64,000 bases of DNA from Pirellulales bacterium. Lineage in GTDB: Bacteria; Planctomycetota; Planctomycetia; Pirellulales; JAICIG01. The translations under genes and the position numbers were made by a program. The notes under the pieces are model-generated. The model saw only the letters and a list, made by a program, of their open reading frames with translations. It did not search any database and was not told where the DNA came from. Position 1 is the stretch's first letter. The number at the start of each line of letters is the position of its first letter. Positions 38,399 through 48,331 of the stretch are shown here, in pieces. The stretch covers positions 96,756 to 160,755 of the forward strand of contig JBBDYJ010000032.1 of the NCBI GenBank assembly GCA_040901675.1, read 5' to 3'.

Positions 38399-40126
38399 TC
38401 ATCCCAATAGGGCCCAGGGCGCCAGCCCCGGCAGCTTCCACCACCTGGGCTGCTGATACAGTTCGAGCACCTTGCGGGCCAGGCGGTGTGCCCGGCGGTG
38501 CGAGGGAAACCAGAATGGCTTTGGGGAGAGCACCAACGGACCCTCCAGCACGCTCTTCTCGACGCCGTCGAGCATGTAGGTGTTGTGGACCCATCCGATG
38601 CCGCTCTGTGGATCGGCGAGCGTGCCGCCCGGGTAGCCGCCCCAGGGCAGCGTCATCATGGCGTAGGCCAACGCCGGCCAGTGGTTGATGGCCACGGTGC
38701 CGTAGCGCAGGTGGGCCACCGCCCGCCAGAAGCGGGCCTCGTTTCCCGGCCGCCGGCGAAATCGCGGGTGCACCATCATCCCGGCGCCTAGGGTGCCCCA
38801 TACCCGTTCGTTCGCGAACTCGACGGCCCGGTCCAGAAAGTGCTCCTCGCCGGCCGCCTCCAGAGCCGTCTCGGCACAGGCACAGACGAACGACTCTTCT
38901 GAAAACCAGTGCGGGGCCTCGTCCGGATCCACGTTGCCGACCAGCGTCCAGGGCAGCGTGCCGTCCGAATCGCCGGCCTCGCTGCCGGTAAAGCGGCGGA
39001 AGCGTTCGAAGGCGCCCGGATAGTAGGCCCGCCGCCGCGGCACGCCCGCCAGCACCGCGCGGATCTTGTCCAAAAACCGCTCCCGATCCGGCCAGCCCCG
39101 CCAGGTGATGATCAGCTTGGTGGCGATGCAGTTGAACGAGGCGTTGTTGACGATCGTCGAGGCGACGTTCTCTGCCTGGAAATTGAGCTGACGGTCGGTG
39201 TAGGGGCCGGGGACCACGATCCAGGGGGTTACGTTTCCCAGCTCGCTGGTGATCGGCTTGGTCAATACAGGCCCGCCGTGTTCGAGGCGCCATTGGCGGT
39301 CGGGGCCGGGCGGCCCCCACACGATCGTGTCGTGCGATTGGACCGACCCGGTAATGTGCACCTCGTCGACCAACTCGTGATGGGTGGCGTACGATCCGAC
39401 TTCGGCGCCGCCGTAGATCACCCGCAAGAGGCCCTCCTCGACCAGGGCACCGAAGGCCGCCTCGAAGATCGGTCCCAGATACTCGTTGACCGGGTTCATC
39501 TTGAGCAGGACCACCCGGCCTTCGTGGAACAGCTTGGCGAACATATCGGTGGCGGCGATGGCGGCCACGTTGCCCGCGCCCAGCACGAGCGCCGTGCCTT
39601 CCGTGGCGGCCCGCCGCCGGTACTCGCCCGCCAGATGATCCGGAAGGTTCTGCCGGGTAACGCTGGGCCGCATCCAGGCGTGGCCGCGGAAGCCGCGGAA
39701 CAGAATCGAATCGAAGAGGCCCCGGGCGGGGAAAACCTGGACGCGCAACTGGCCGGCCGGCCCCGTGACGATCTCACCGGGAAGCTGGGGGAGCCCGTAT
39801 TTCTCGATGTCCGAGAGCGTGGCGATCAACAACTGCAAATAGCGGGAGACAGCCATCGGGCCGGTGGCCATCTCCTCGCTGGCGGCCGGAGTATCGGGGT
39901 CCAGCCCTTTGGCCTGGCAGGCGGCCGCGACCCAGCGGTCGGCCCACTCGCCGGTGCCCGCCAGGCAGAGCCTGGCCAAGCGGATTCGCAGCGCCAGCGC
40001 GGTGTCGCGCCACCGCGAGCGGGCGATCACAAGCTGGTGCAGGCAGCGATCGACCTCGTCGTGGGGCGTCGAGCGCCCGACTTGCTCGCGGTACAGCACG
40101 GGAGAGGCAGCGGTCGAAACAACCAT
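38399..40126 (-). CDS. Aldehyde dehydrogenase family protein
   Basis: LGAGNV, HITGS, SELGNVTP, NASFNC catalytic Cys; start trimmed to MVVSTAAS. Confidence 0.88.
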   Translation of the reverse strand: MVVSTAASPVLYREQVGRSTPHDEVDRCLHQLVIARSRWRDTALALRIRLARLCLAGTGEWADRWVAAACQAKGLDPDTPAASEEMATGPMAVSRYLQLLIATLSDIEKYGLPQLPGEIVTGPAGQLRVQVFPARGLFDSILFRGFRGHAWMRPSVTRQNLPDHLAGEYRRRAATEGTALVLGAGNVAAIAATDMFAKLFHEGRVVLLKMNPVNEYLGPIFEAAFGALVEEGLLRVIYGGAEVGSYATHHELVDEVHITGSVQSHDTIVWGPPGPDRQWRLEHGGPVLTKPITSELGNVTPWIVVPGPYTDRQLNFQAENVASTIVNNASFNCIATKLIITWRGWPDRERFLDKIRAVLAGVPRRRAYYPGAFERFRRFTGSEAGDSDGTLPWTLVGNVDPDEAPHWFSEESFVCACAETALEAAGEEHFLDRAVEFANERVWGTLGAGMMVHPRFRRRPGNEARFWRAVAHLRYGTVAINHWPALAYAMMTLPWGGYPGGTLADPQSGIGWVHNTYMLDGVEKSVLEGPLVLSPKPFWFPSHRRAHRLARKVLELYQQPRWWKLPGLAPWALLG

Positions 40127-40149
40127 AACGAAGGACTCGTGCAGGGAAG

Positions 40150-41085
40150 TCAGGGACGGAGTTCCACTTCGACAAACGCGTCGATCTCGTCGCGCGTGGG
40201 CAGCGACGTCTGGGCGCCGGCCCGCGTCACACTCAGGGCGGCTGCTCGGTTGGCCCAGCGGGACGCCTCGAGGAGGCTCCGCCCCTCGGCAAGCGCCACG
40301 GCCAGTGCGCCGTTGAAGGCATCGCCGGCGGCGGTCGTGTCGACCGATTGTACCCGGCAGGCGGGCACTTCGATCGCCTCGCCGTCGAAGACCACCGAGC
40401 CGCGGCTTCCCAAGGTGATCACCGAGCGCGGCCCCAGGAATTCGAAGCGACGGGCCGCCACGATGGGCGAAAACCGCGGTCCCTCCAAGTCCGTCAAGAA
40501 TTCCGCCTCGACCTGGTTGGGCGTGATCACGTCGACGAGCGACAGCAATTCCCGCCGCCCCGCGGCGGCCAAGGCCGGCGCCGGATTCAAGATGGTCAGC
40601 AGGCCGTGTTGGCGGGCTCGTTCCAGCGCCCGCTGAACCGTTTCCAGGGGCGACTCCAGCGAGACCAACAGCACGGCGGCCGACTTGAAGACCGATTCGG
40701 GCAGGGCATCGACGTCGGCCGGAGAAAGATGGAGGTTGGCCCCCGAGGCGACGCTGATCTGGTTTTCGCCTTGCTGATCGACCATGATCAGCGCCAGTCC
40801 GGACGCGTGGTTGGTGACCGTGCGGATAAACGTGGTCACCAGGTTTTCTTGCCGCAGGCGGGTTAGCGCCTGGCGGCCGTAGTCGTCGTCGCCGACGGCG
40901 GCCAGGAGGGTCACCGGCGTCCGCGCTGCGCGGGCTGCCGCCACTGCCTGGTTGGCCCCCTTTCCGCCCGGTGCCTGAAAGAACTCGCCGCCCAGTACGG
41001 TTTCGCCCGGACCCGGCAGTCGAGGACCTTTGATCACCAGGTCCGTATTGATCGACCCCACGACAAGAACGGCTGCGGCTGGCAT
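40150..41085 (-). CDS. rbsK: Ribokinase
   Basis: GSINTDL, GGKGANQAVA, ILNPAPA, DTTAAGDAFNG. Confidence 0.92.
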   Translation of the reverse strand: MPAAAVLVVGSINTDLVIKGPRLPGPGETVLGGEFFQAPGGKGANQAVAAARAARTPVTLLAAVGDDDYGRQALTRLRQENLVTTFIRTVTNHASGLALIMVDQQGENQISVASGANLHLSPADVDALPESVFKSAAVLLVSLESPLETVQRALERARQHGLLTILNPAPALAAAGRRELLSLVDVITPNQVEAEFLTDLEGPRFSPIVAARRFEFLGPRSVITLGSRGSVVFDGEAIEVPACRVQSVDTTAAGDAFNGALAVALAEGRSLLEASRWANRAAALSVTRAGAQTSLPTRDEIDAFVEVELRP

Positions 41086-41251
41086 GATGGGGATGCTTTA
41101 CTGTTGCCGTCGTTGCCCGGCGATTCGTACCCTGAGCGCGCGGTTGATTATCGCAAAACGGCCCGTTCAAAGCGATAGAGCGGCCCGCCGCGCGAGAGCG
41201 CGGTCGCCGGTGGAGCGCCGCACCTTTGCCCGGACGTTCATGCCCGGACGA

Positions 41252-42094
41252 TCAAGCCGCGCGTGCGCGAGGGAATTGATCGCTGGAACGGGAGGATTCC
41301 ACGCCGGCTGCCGCGGGCTGCGTCTCGACGCGCATGAAGCGGTTCATGACCAGGTGCCTTACGGCGCGATACGGCCGCCGCAGCATCCAGCCGTGCAAGG
41401 TGAGCAAGAGCCCCTTGCGCCGCGAGTTGCGCAATTGTGCTGGGGAGTATTCCTGCGGGCGATCCTTGCGATGGTGCTTGCCGACATGATAGCGATCGAC
41501 CGATTGCATGTACCGCAGCGGATGCCCGCCCAGACGGCGCAGCAAGGGGAACTGGAACGTGGTCGCAATCTGGAAGTCGATGAGCACCGGCGAACCGTTG
41601 GGCCGAACGAGGATATTCTCCGCCTTGCTCAGGTCGTTGTGCGAGATGCCGCGCTCGTGGATGGCTGCCAGCATGGCCTGGAGTTTCGGATAGAATCGCT
41701 CGTCGATCCGATTCGTCTTGCGGTAATCGCGGAGATGACAGCCGTGCACGTATTCGCGAATGTAACCCGCTTTGCCGTGGCGCTGGAGGAACCGCGGCAA
41801 ACCGGGGATCCCTTCGGTCGCCTGGTAGAAGTAAACCTCGCGATTGCAAAGGAAGCGACCCAGCCAGCCGAGCGGAATGAAGCCCAGCGGATCGGTGTGG
41901 TAGATTTTCAGCACGATCCGTTCGGGCCGCTGCGATCTCGGCCGGTCGTTCAACCTGTGATAGAGTCCCGTGGCGGCGTAGAAGTCGCGCTTGAAAAGCT
42001 GCTCGAGGCGATACTGCGCGCCCCGAAAGGCGATCCGCTCCGGGAGCATTCGACCTCGCAGTTGCTTGTAATTCGCCCAATCGGCGTCGGCCAT
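41252..42094 (-). CDS. Protein kinase-like fold protein (RIO/Kdo-like)
   Basis: IVLKIY, HNDLSKAENIL, LIDFQ; GGGGAG RBS. Confidence 0.8.
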   Translation of the reverse strand: MADADWANYKQLRGRMLPERIAFRGAQYRLEQLFKRDFYAATGLYHRLNDRPRSQRPERIVLKIYHTDPLGFIPLGWLGRFLCNREVYFYQATEGIPGLPRFLQRHGKAGYIREYVHGCHLRDYRKTNRIDERFYPKLQAMLAAIHERGISHNDLSKAENILVRPNGSPVLIDFQIATTFQFPLLRRLGGHPLRYMQSVDRYHVGKHHRKDRPQEYSPAQLRNSRRKGLLLTLHGWMLRRPYRAVRHLVMNRFMRVETQPAAAGVESSRSSDQFPRARAA

Positions 42095-42195
42095 CGACCA
42101 CTCCCCCCCACGGGTCAAATTGCGCCGGCTGACGCAACGACTGCAAGCCCGCGGGGAGCGAAGGATCGGCCGAAAAACAACTTCCTCACATCGCA

Positions 42196-42229
42196 ACTGG
42201 GGCACGCTATCGCTTTGCCCCAGCCACCC
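42196..42229 (+). repeat. Empty host REP-like hairpin
   Basis: ACTGGGGCACGCTATCGCTTTGCCCCAGCCACCC. Confidence 0.8.
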
Positions 42230-42504
42230 AACTCGCTCGAATCCGTCGAAGTTGCTTTTTGGTCGCTTCTAACCGTCAGCCCGCGGCCTGTTTCCGTATC
42301 GGCAGGATTCAAATCGGGGCTTGAGATTGGAGCGGCAGGGCAATCGGCCAACAGACATGTGAAGCGGGGAAGGCGAGAGAAGACAGCGAAGGACTATTTC
42401 GCGGCGTGTCGGTCTTCTGCTCGGACACGGCATGAGCGCCGCCACACTGGGCGATTTGGCCTGACTTGAGCGGCGGCCTGCTGCATGCGCCAGCGGCAGT
42501 CTAT

Positions 42505-43869
42505 TTACTTGCCGATGCAGAAGCGGCTGAAAATGCGGTCGAGGATGTCGTCGGTATAGACGGCCCCGACCACCTGGCCCAGCTCGTCGAGGGCCGTTCG
42601 CAGCTCGGCTGCCAGCAGCTCGTCGCCGCCGCGCCTGCCGGCGACGTCCAGCGCACCCGCCAGGCAGGCGGCGGCCCGTTCCAGGCTTTGGCGGCAACGG
42701 GCCGCGGTAGCGGGCACCGCGTCGGTTTCAGCCGCCTGGACGCTGCGGGCCGCCTCGCCCAGCAGCGATCGCAACCGGTCGAGGCCCGCGCCGCTGCGGC
42801 TGCTGGTCGCCACGGCGCCCGGCACCGCGGGCATGCCCGGCGGCTGGTCGGTCTTGGTCAAGGCCACGATCCGTGTGACCGAATCGGGCCGCTCGGCCAA
42901 CCGCCGCCGCTCCCAGGCATTCAAAGGCCGCGTCCCGTCCAGACAGAGCACCTCGACGTGCGCGTGTAGCCGCTGGTCGAGTGCGAAGTGCTGGGCGGCC
43001 TGTTCGATGGGCTGGCTGGCCGCCGGATCGACGCCGGCCGTATCGATCAGCTCGCAGCCGATACCGTCCAGGTCGAGCGTTGCCGAGAGGTAGTCGCGCG
43101 TGGTGCCCGCGCTGGCCGAAACCAAGGCCTGGCCGGCCGCCACGAGCGCGTTGTACAGGCTGCTCTTGCCGACGTTGGGCCAGCCGACCAGCACGATGCG
43201 GACCACGTCGGCCGTTTGGTGGCGGCCCGCCATGCGTGCGGCCAGGTCGGCCACCGTCCGAGAGGCCGCCTGAAGCTGTGCGACGACCTGGTCCTGGGCG
43301 ATGAACTCGATGTCCTCGTCGACGAAATCCAAGCCGGCTTCGACGTGGGCCAGCGTGTCGAGCAGCTCGCTGCGCAAGGCGGTCAGCGGGGTGGCGAGTC
43401 CACCGGCGAGCTGCTCCAGGGCGCGGTCGAGCTGCGCTCGGCCCGTCGCGTCGATGACTCCCAGGACCGCCTCGGCCTGCGTCAGATCGATGCGGCCCGC
43501 CAAAAAGGCCCGCAACGTGAACTCGCCGGGCGCTGCCAGCCGGGCCCCGGTCTGGCAGATTCGGCGCAGGGCCGCTTCCAGCAAGGGGGGCGAACCGATG
43601 GTGTGCAACTCGGCGGAGGGTTGGCGGGTGTAACTGCGGCGGCCCGGCCAGAGATAGACCTGGCAGGGCAAGGGCGACGCCAGCCCCAGGTTCAAACGGC
43701 CGGTGAGCATCGTCGGATGCGTGACATCCGCCAGCTCGACGGGCTCATTCGGCTCAAACGAACGACTGACGCATTCGACCACGCCGGGGCCGCTGAGGCG
43801 GACGATACCGCGTGCGGCGCCGCCTGGAGCCGAAGCAATGGCGGCGATGGTGTCGTCGGGATGGTGCAC
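42505..43869 (-). CDS. mnmE: tRNA modification GTPase MnmE
   Basis: DTIAAIAS, GEFTLRAFLAGRIDLTQAEAV, GWPNVGKSSL, GTTRD, DTAG, FSRFCIGK; GTG start uncertain. Confidence 0.96.
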   Translation of the reverse strand: MHHPDDTIAAIASAPGGAARGIVRLSGPGVVECVSRSFEPNEPVELADVTHPTMLTGRLNLGLASPLPCQVYLWPGRRSYTRQPSAELHTIGSPPLLEAALRRICQTGARLAAPGEFTLRAFLAGRIDLTQAEAVLGVIDATGRAQLDRALEQLAGGLATPLTALRSELLDTLAHVEAGLDFVDEDIEFIAQDQVVAQLQAASRTVADLAARMAGRHQTADVVRIVLVGWPNVGKSSLYNALVAAGQALVSASAGTTRDYLSATLDLDGIGCELIDTAGVDPAASQPIEQAAQHFALDQRLHAHVEVLCLDGTRPLNAWERRRLAERPDSVTRIVALTKTDQPPGMPAVPGAVATSSRSGAGLDRLRSLLGEAARSVQAAETDAVPATAARCRQSLERAAACLAGALDVAGRRGGDELLAAELRTALDELGQVVGAVYTDDILDRIFSRFCIGK

Positions 43870-43938
43870 GGCAGGCGGTCGCCCTGTCGGTTCGCCGGGA
43901 ATTTGGTCGAAAGCAACGTCGTCAGAACGTCCCAACGG

Positions 43939-43991
43939 ACTGGGGCAGGCTAGCGCTTTGCCCCAGGCACCCAGCGGTAGCGTGCCCCAGT
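43939..43991. repeat. Host REP-like hairpin plus an inverted partial copy between yidC and mnmE
   Basis: ACTGGGGCAGGCTAGCGCTTTGCCCCAG...AGCGGTAGCGTGCCCCAGT. Confidence 0.75.
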
Positions 43992-44019
43992 TTGTTCTGA
44001 GTTATTCTCCGGCGCTTCG

Positions 44020-46359
44020 TTAGCGGCGGCCTCGCTGCTGCTTCTTTTTCTTCTTGCTGCCGGCCGCGCCGTTGGTTTCGGTGCCCGCCGATGGCCGGGC
44101 CGTCGGCTTCTGGGCCGTGGGCGTTTGAGGAGGCAGCTTGGCTTTGGGCAGCAGCTTGCGTTCGGCGATGCCCCAGATGCTCGAGGCGATGAAGTAGATG
44201 CACAGCCCGCTGGCCACTTTAAAGAACAACACGCCCATGAAGATCATCATGTACTGCATGATCTTCATTTGCAGGGCGGCCTGTTCGTCGGCGGGCGGGG
44301 GCATGAACATCTTCTGCTGCCAGAGGAACAAGGCTACGGTGACCAGCGGCAGGATATTGAGGTACGGCCCCAGCCAGCCGGTCTCGCCGGCCAGAAAGCC
44401 GGGCAAAAAAGCCTCCCAATACCAGAACATGTCGGGGGCGGCCAGGTTCGAGCACCAGCGGATGGCGTGGCTGATGAGCGGGGCCTGGTAGAGCTCGACG
44501 TCGACCGACAGCGAGCGGTAAAGGCCCAGGAAGATCGGCAATTGAATCAAGGCGGGCCAGCAGCCGGCCAGCGGGTTGTAGTTGTGCTTGCGGAACAACT
44601 CCTGCTGCGCCTTGGTCCGCTGCTCGACGTTGCCCTTGTGTTTCTCCGCCAGGCGCTTCATCTCGGGCTGCAATTCCTGCATTTTCTGCGCGCCCAGCGC
44701 CTGCTTGCGGCTCAGCGGGAACATGCAGGAGCGGACCAGCACCGTCAGCATGATGATGGCGATGCCATAATTGCCGACGATGGAGTAAAAGAAATGCAGT
44801 ACGACGAGCATGGGCCGCGAGACAAAGCCGAACCAACCATAGTAGACCAGCTCGCTCAAGCCATACGGCTTTGCATACTGGGCCAGAAGACGGGGCCGCT
44901 TCGGGCCGGCGAAGACTCGAAACTCGTGCTCCAGCTCGGCGCCGGGCTTGAGTGTTTCGGCCCGGCTGATCATGCGCGTGGAGATGTTGACCAGTTTTTT
45001 CTTGTGGGGATCCTTGGGGACAGGGCCGGCGCGGATCGGCATCACTCGGGCGAAGCGGACGTCGGCCGGATCGTCCTGCTGGGGAATCAACATCACCGCG
45101 AAGTACTGCGCGTCGACGCCGGCATAGATCAGTGGATCTTTGTCCCAGATAAATGGACCCTTCCCGTCGGCGATTTTGGTGGCGTTGACCTGACGGTAGT
45201 CAAAATAGCCCTCCGGCCTGGTGGCGATGACAAAATCGCGGATTCCGGCCGAATCCCAGCCGTGGCTGATCTTGGAAGAGTAGGCGTACCACCAGCCTTG
45301 CGTCGGCAGGCCGTTGGGCCCGTCCAGCCGGTAGGCGATCGCTCGGTCCTCGTCTCCCACGTTCTCGACCTTGATCGACAGGTCGAGATGGTAGGCCGGC
45401 GCATGGACGTTCTGCTCTTCGCCCGGCTTCAGCCTGGGGAGACGGTAGGTCTTGACGATCCGCACGCCTTCATCGCCGAGCAACCACTCGAAGGCGACCT
45501 GGTCGGGGCGGGCCGGATCGGGGGGCAGTATCTTCCAGTTTCCGGTCCGCATGTTGACGCGGGGCAGTTCGCTGGCGTCCTTGGCGATCTTGCGATCGTC
45601 GATGCTCTCCAGTGTGGTCAGGAACGAGGGTGGATCGGATCCTTCAGGTTCGATCACCGCCAGTGGCTGGCGGGCCAGCACCGCCACCAGCTCCTGGCGC
45701 TTGCCGCCGCGCAGCACCGTCAGCCGCAGCGAGTCGCCCGGCTTCGACCTTTCCAGCCTCGTGTTCAGTGCCGCCGCGCCGGCAATTTCCCCGCCGTCGA
45801 CGCCGGCAATCACGTCGCCGGCGCGCAGGCCCGCCTTGTCGGCCGGAGTTCCAGCGCCGACCACGCGCACCTTGACGCCTGTGCCGCCGGCCGCGTCGAT
45901 GGCCGCCAGGTGCCCCAAATAGCCGCTGCGGTCGTCCAGGTCGCTGAAACGCGTGGTGGCCAGCTCGATCCGCTCGACGGCGGCGCCCCGGTTGGTGACG
46001 GTGACCAGAAAGCGATATGGGCTGGTCTCGTCGAGCGAGCCCAAGGTACGCCACTGGCGGGGCTGCTTGGGCGCAGGCGCGGCGGCAACCCTCGGTTTGG
46101 CCGCGGCGGCGGCCGCACGGGGATCCCCTTCGGGCGGCTTTTCCCCCGGGACCTTCTTTTCGGGAGCGCCCTTCTTTTCAGGAGCGACCTGGCCGGGCGG
46201 GTGCTTGGCTTTTTCGGCCGCTTTTTCCGCTGCTTGACGTTGCTGGGCCGCGCGCTGTTGTCCGGGCGGGGGCGCAAGCCAGCGCATAACAAAAATGTTG
46301 AGCGCCAATACGCTGGCGGCCAGCACAAAGAATACAACCCAGCGTTTTTCCATTCCCAT
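44020..46359 (-). CDS. yidC: Membrane protein insertase YidC with a PDZ insertion
   Basis: YGWFG, NYGIAIIMLTVLVR, NPLAGCWPALIQLPIF, SGLCIYFIAS; PDZ-like GTPADKAGLRAGDVI. Confidence 0.95.
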   Translation of the reverse strand: MGMEKRWVVFFVLAASVLALNIFVMRWLAPPPGQQRAAQQRQAAEKAAEKAKHPPGQVAPEKKGAPEKKVPGEKPPEGDPRAAAAAAKPRVAAAPAPKQPRQWRTLGSLDETSPYRFLVTVTNRGAAVERIELATTRFSDLDDRSGYLGHLAAIDAAGGTGVKVRVVGAGTPADKAGLRAGDVIAGVDGGEIAGAAALNTRLERSKPGDSLRLTVLRGGKRQELVAVLARQPLAVIEPEGSDPPSFLTTLESIDDRKIAKDASELPRVNMRTGNWKILPPDPARPDQVAFEWLLGDEGVRIVKTYRLPRLKPGEEQNVHAPAYHLDLSIKVENVGDEDRAIAYRLDGPNGLPTQGWWYAYSSKISHGWDSAGIRDFVIATRPEGYFDYRQVNATKIADGKGPFIWDKDPLIYAGVDAQYFAVMLIPQQDDPADVRFARVMPIRAGPVPKDPHKKKLVNISTRMISRAETLKPGAELEHEFRVFAGPKRPRLLAQYAKPYGLSELVYYGWFGFVSRPMLVVLHFFYSIVGNYGIAIIMLTVLVRSCMFPLSRKQALGAQKMQELQPEMKRLAEKHKGNVEQRTKAQQELFRKHNYNPLAGCWPALIQLPIFLGLYRSLSVDVELYQAPLISHAIRWCSNLAAPDMFWYWEAFLPGFLAGETGWLGPYLNILPLVTVALFLWQQKMFMPPPADEQAALQMKIMQYMMIFMGVLFFKVASGLCIYFIASSIWGIAERKLLPKAKLPPQTPTAQKPTARPSAGTETNGAAGSKKKKKQQRGRR

Positions 46360-46663
46360 CGAATCCTTGGCTCGGCGGCCGCAATGGTCAAGCCCGCCTG
46401 TCGGGCGGGGGAGCTCGAATCCGTCCGCCCGCCAGCCGGCGGGGAAACGGAGTGCAATCAGTTCAGTTACGCGGGCGGGATACACACCAGGACGACGAGC
46501 CAGCCCGCCCGCTTGCAAAATCGCCCGCTTATCAACCGCCGGTTACGCCCGCGCCAGACAGGAAGCTCGTTATGGTATTCGGCGTGGTTAAGCAGTTCTT
46601 GTCCAACTTCGCCCGTGCCGCGGCGTCGATCAACTCAGCGTCCGTCAACGCGGCGCCGTCCAC

Positions 46664-47413
46664 TCAGCGTCCGTCGCGGAGCCGATCGCCGAGAAAGTTG
46701 TCCAATTCCGGGGTCTCGTGGATTTTCTGGATGGTCTTTTCAAATGGGTATTCCACCCGGCGGAACTTGACCAGGTCGTCTTCCAGCACGACGTAACAGG
46801 CACGCGGATCGCCGTCACGGGGTTGTCCCACGGAGCCGACGTTGATCATCGTCTTCTCCTGGGTCAAACGATACTGGTAGCTGATTTCCTCCGGGCTGAA
46901 AAAGTTAAGGTTCTGCGTGAACACACCCGGCACGTGCGTGTGTCCCTGGAAACAATGCTGCTCGATCAGCGAAAAAATCTTTTCCATCTTCCGCTGGTTG
47001 TAGATATCCTCGGGAAACACGTACTCGTTGAGCGGATTGCGGGCCGAACCATGGACAAACAAGAAGCTGTTCTCACGCTTGTTGCGAGGCAGCTCGCCCA
47101 GAAAGTCCCAGCGCTTGGCATTGTCGGCCGGGTTGCCGCGAGGGCTCTCCAGTTGTTCGCGCGTCCAGAAGATCGCTCGCTCGGCACCGGAATTGAATCC
47201 CTCGGGGTCGAACAACGCGCCCTGGTCGTGGTTGCCCAGCAGGCAGAAGTCCATCTTCATCACCAGGTCGATGCACTCGCGAGGATTCGGGCCGTAGCCG
47301 ATAATGTCTCCCAGGCAGTAGATCTCCGTAATCCCCTGCTCGCGAATATCCGCCAGCACGGCCTCGAGTCCTTCGAGGTTGCTGTGGATGTCGCTGATCA
47401 AAGCTCGCTTCAC
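46664..47413 (-). CDS. Metallophosphoesterase
   Basis: [32 protein letters not shown]. Confidence 0.93.
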   Translation of the reverse strand: MKRALISDIHSNLEGLEAVLADIREQGITEIYCLGDIIGYGPNPRECIDLVMKMDFCLLGNHDQGALFDPEGFNSGAERAIFWTREQLESPRGNPADNAKRWDFLGELPRNKRENSFLFVHGSARNPLNEYVFPEDIYNQRKMEKIFSLIEQHCFQGHTHVPGVFTQNLNFFSPEEISYQYRLTQEKTMINVGSVGQPRDGDPRACYVVLEDDLVKFRRVEYPFEKTIQKIHETPELDNFLGDRLRDGR

Positions 47414-47589
47414 GCCCGTAGACCTTCGGCTGCCCGGTGGCGTGATGCCCCCCCGGCACGCACAACGGGAAAAGATTGCCCCAAACTCAATCGGCAGTCT
47501 AGGTTAGCGTTTTGGAGTGGTCAAGTCGGTTTTAACGGACCCCCCGCGGGGCGGATCTCTGCCTGCTGCCGCTAAAGACGAGGTAAATC

Positions 47590-48288
47590 GTGCGGATCCT
47601 GGCCCTCGAAACCAGTGGCAAATCGGGCAGCGTGGCCGCCTTGCGGGGCGATGTCCTCCTGGCCGAAGAGCCTCTGGAGCCATCGCAGCGCAGTGCCCAG
47701 TCGCTGGCGCCGGCCATGCGGCAATTGCTCGAGGCGGTCGACTGGACGCCCCGCGACGTGCAATTGGTTGCCGTGACCCTTGGACCAGGCTCGTTTACCG
47801 GCCTGCGCGTCGGCGTGACCACGGCCAAGACGTTCGCCTACGCGGTCGGGGCCGAGGTGGTTGCCGTGAACACCTTGGAGGTCATTGCGCGGCAGGCGCC
47901 CGACGACCCGGCCGGCCGGAAGCTGTCCGCAGTGCTGGATGCCGGCCGGGGCGAATTGTTCATCGGCGCGTTTACCGGCTCCGGCAGTCAGCGAGCTTGG
48001 ATGGGGCCGCCGGCTATCCAGAGCGTGGAAACATGGCTGGCGGGACTCGACGCCGGCTGGCGGGTGACGGGGCCGGCGCTGGCGCGGCTGGCAGGGCGGC
48101 TGCCGGTCGAGATCGAGCAGGTTGGGGCCGAATTCTGGTATCCGGCCGCGGCCACGGTCGGACGGTTGGCCGCCGCCAAGTACGCCGCCGGCCAGCGTGA
48201 CGACCTCTGGACGCTGGCCCCCTTGTATCTGCGCAAGAGCGCCGCGGAAGAGAAGGAGGAAGGAGGAAGGAGGAAGGAGGAAGGGTGA
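47590..48288 (+). CDS. tsaB: tRNA threonylcarbamoyladenosine biosynthesis protein TsaB
   Basis: ILALETS, GPGSFTGLRVG, DAGRGELF, PLYLR. Confidence 0.95.
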   Translation: MRILALETSGKSGSVAALRGDVLLAEEPLEPSQRSAQSLAPAMRQLLEAVDWTPRDVQLVAVTLGPGSFTGLRVGVTTAKTFAYAVGAEVVAVNTLEVIARQAPDDPAGRKLSAVLDAGRGELFIGAFTGSGSQRAWMGPPAIQSVETWLAGLDAGWRVTGPALARLAGRLPVEIEQVGAEFWYPAAATVGRLAAAKYAAGQRDDLWTLAPLYLRKSAAEEKEEGGRRKEEG

Positions 48289-48331
48289 GGCGCGCGTCCT
48301 ATTCCTCCTTCCTCCTTCCTCCTTCCTCCTT
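48253..48331. repeat. Inverted heptamer tracts (GAAGGAG)n/(TTCCTCC)n between convergent tsaB and hemL; possible bidirectional hairpin
   Basis: Mutually complementary tracts read directly. Confidence 0.75.

Noticed and set aside
40127..41170. Apparent long N-terminal extension or fusion on the aldehyde dehydrogenase
   Set aside because: Off-frame overlap with ribokinase
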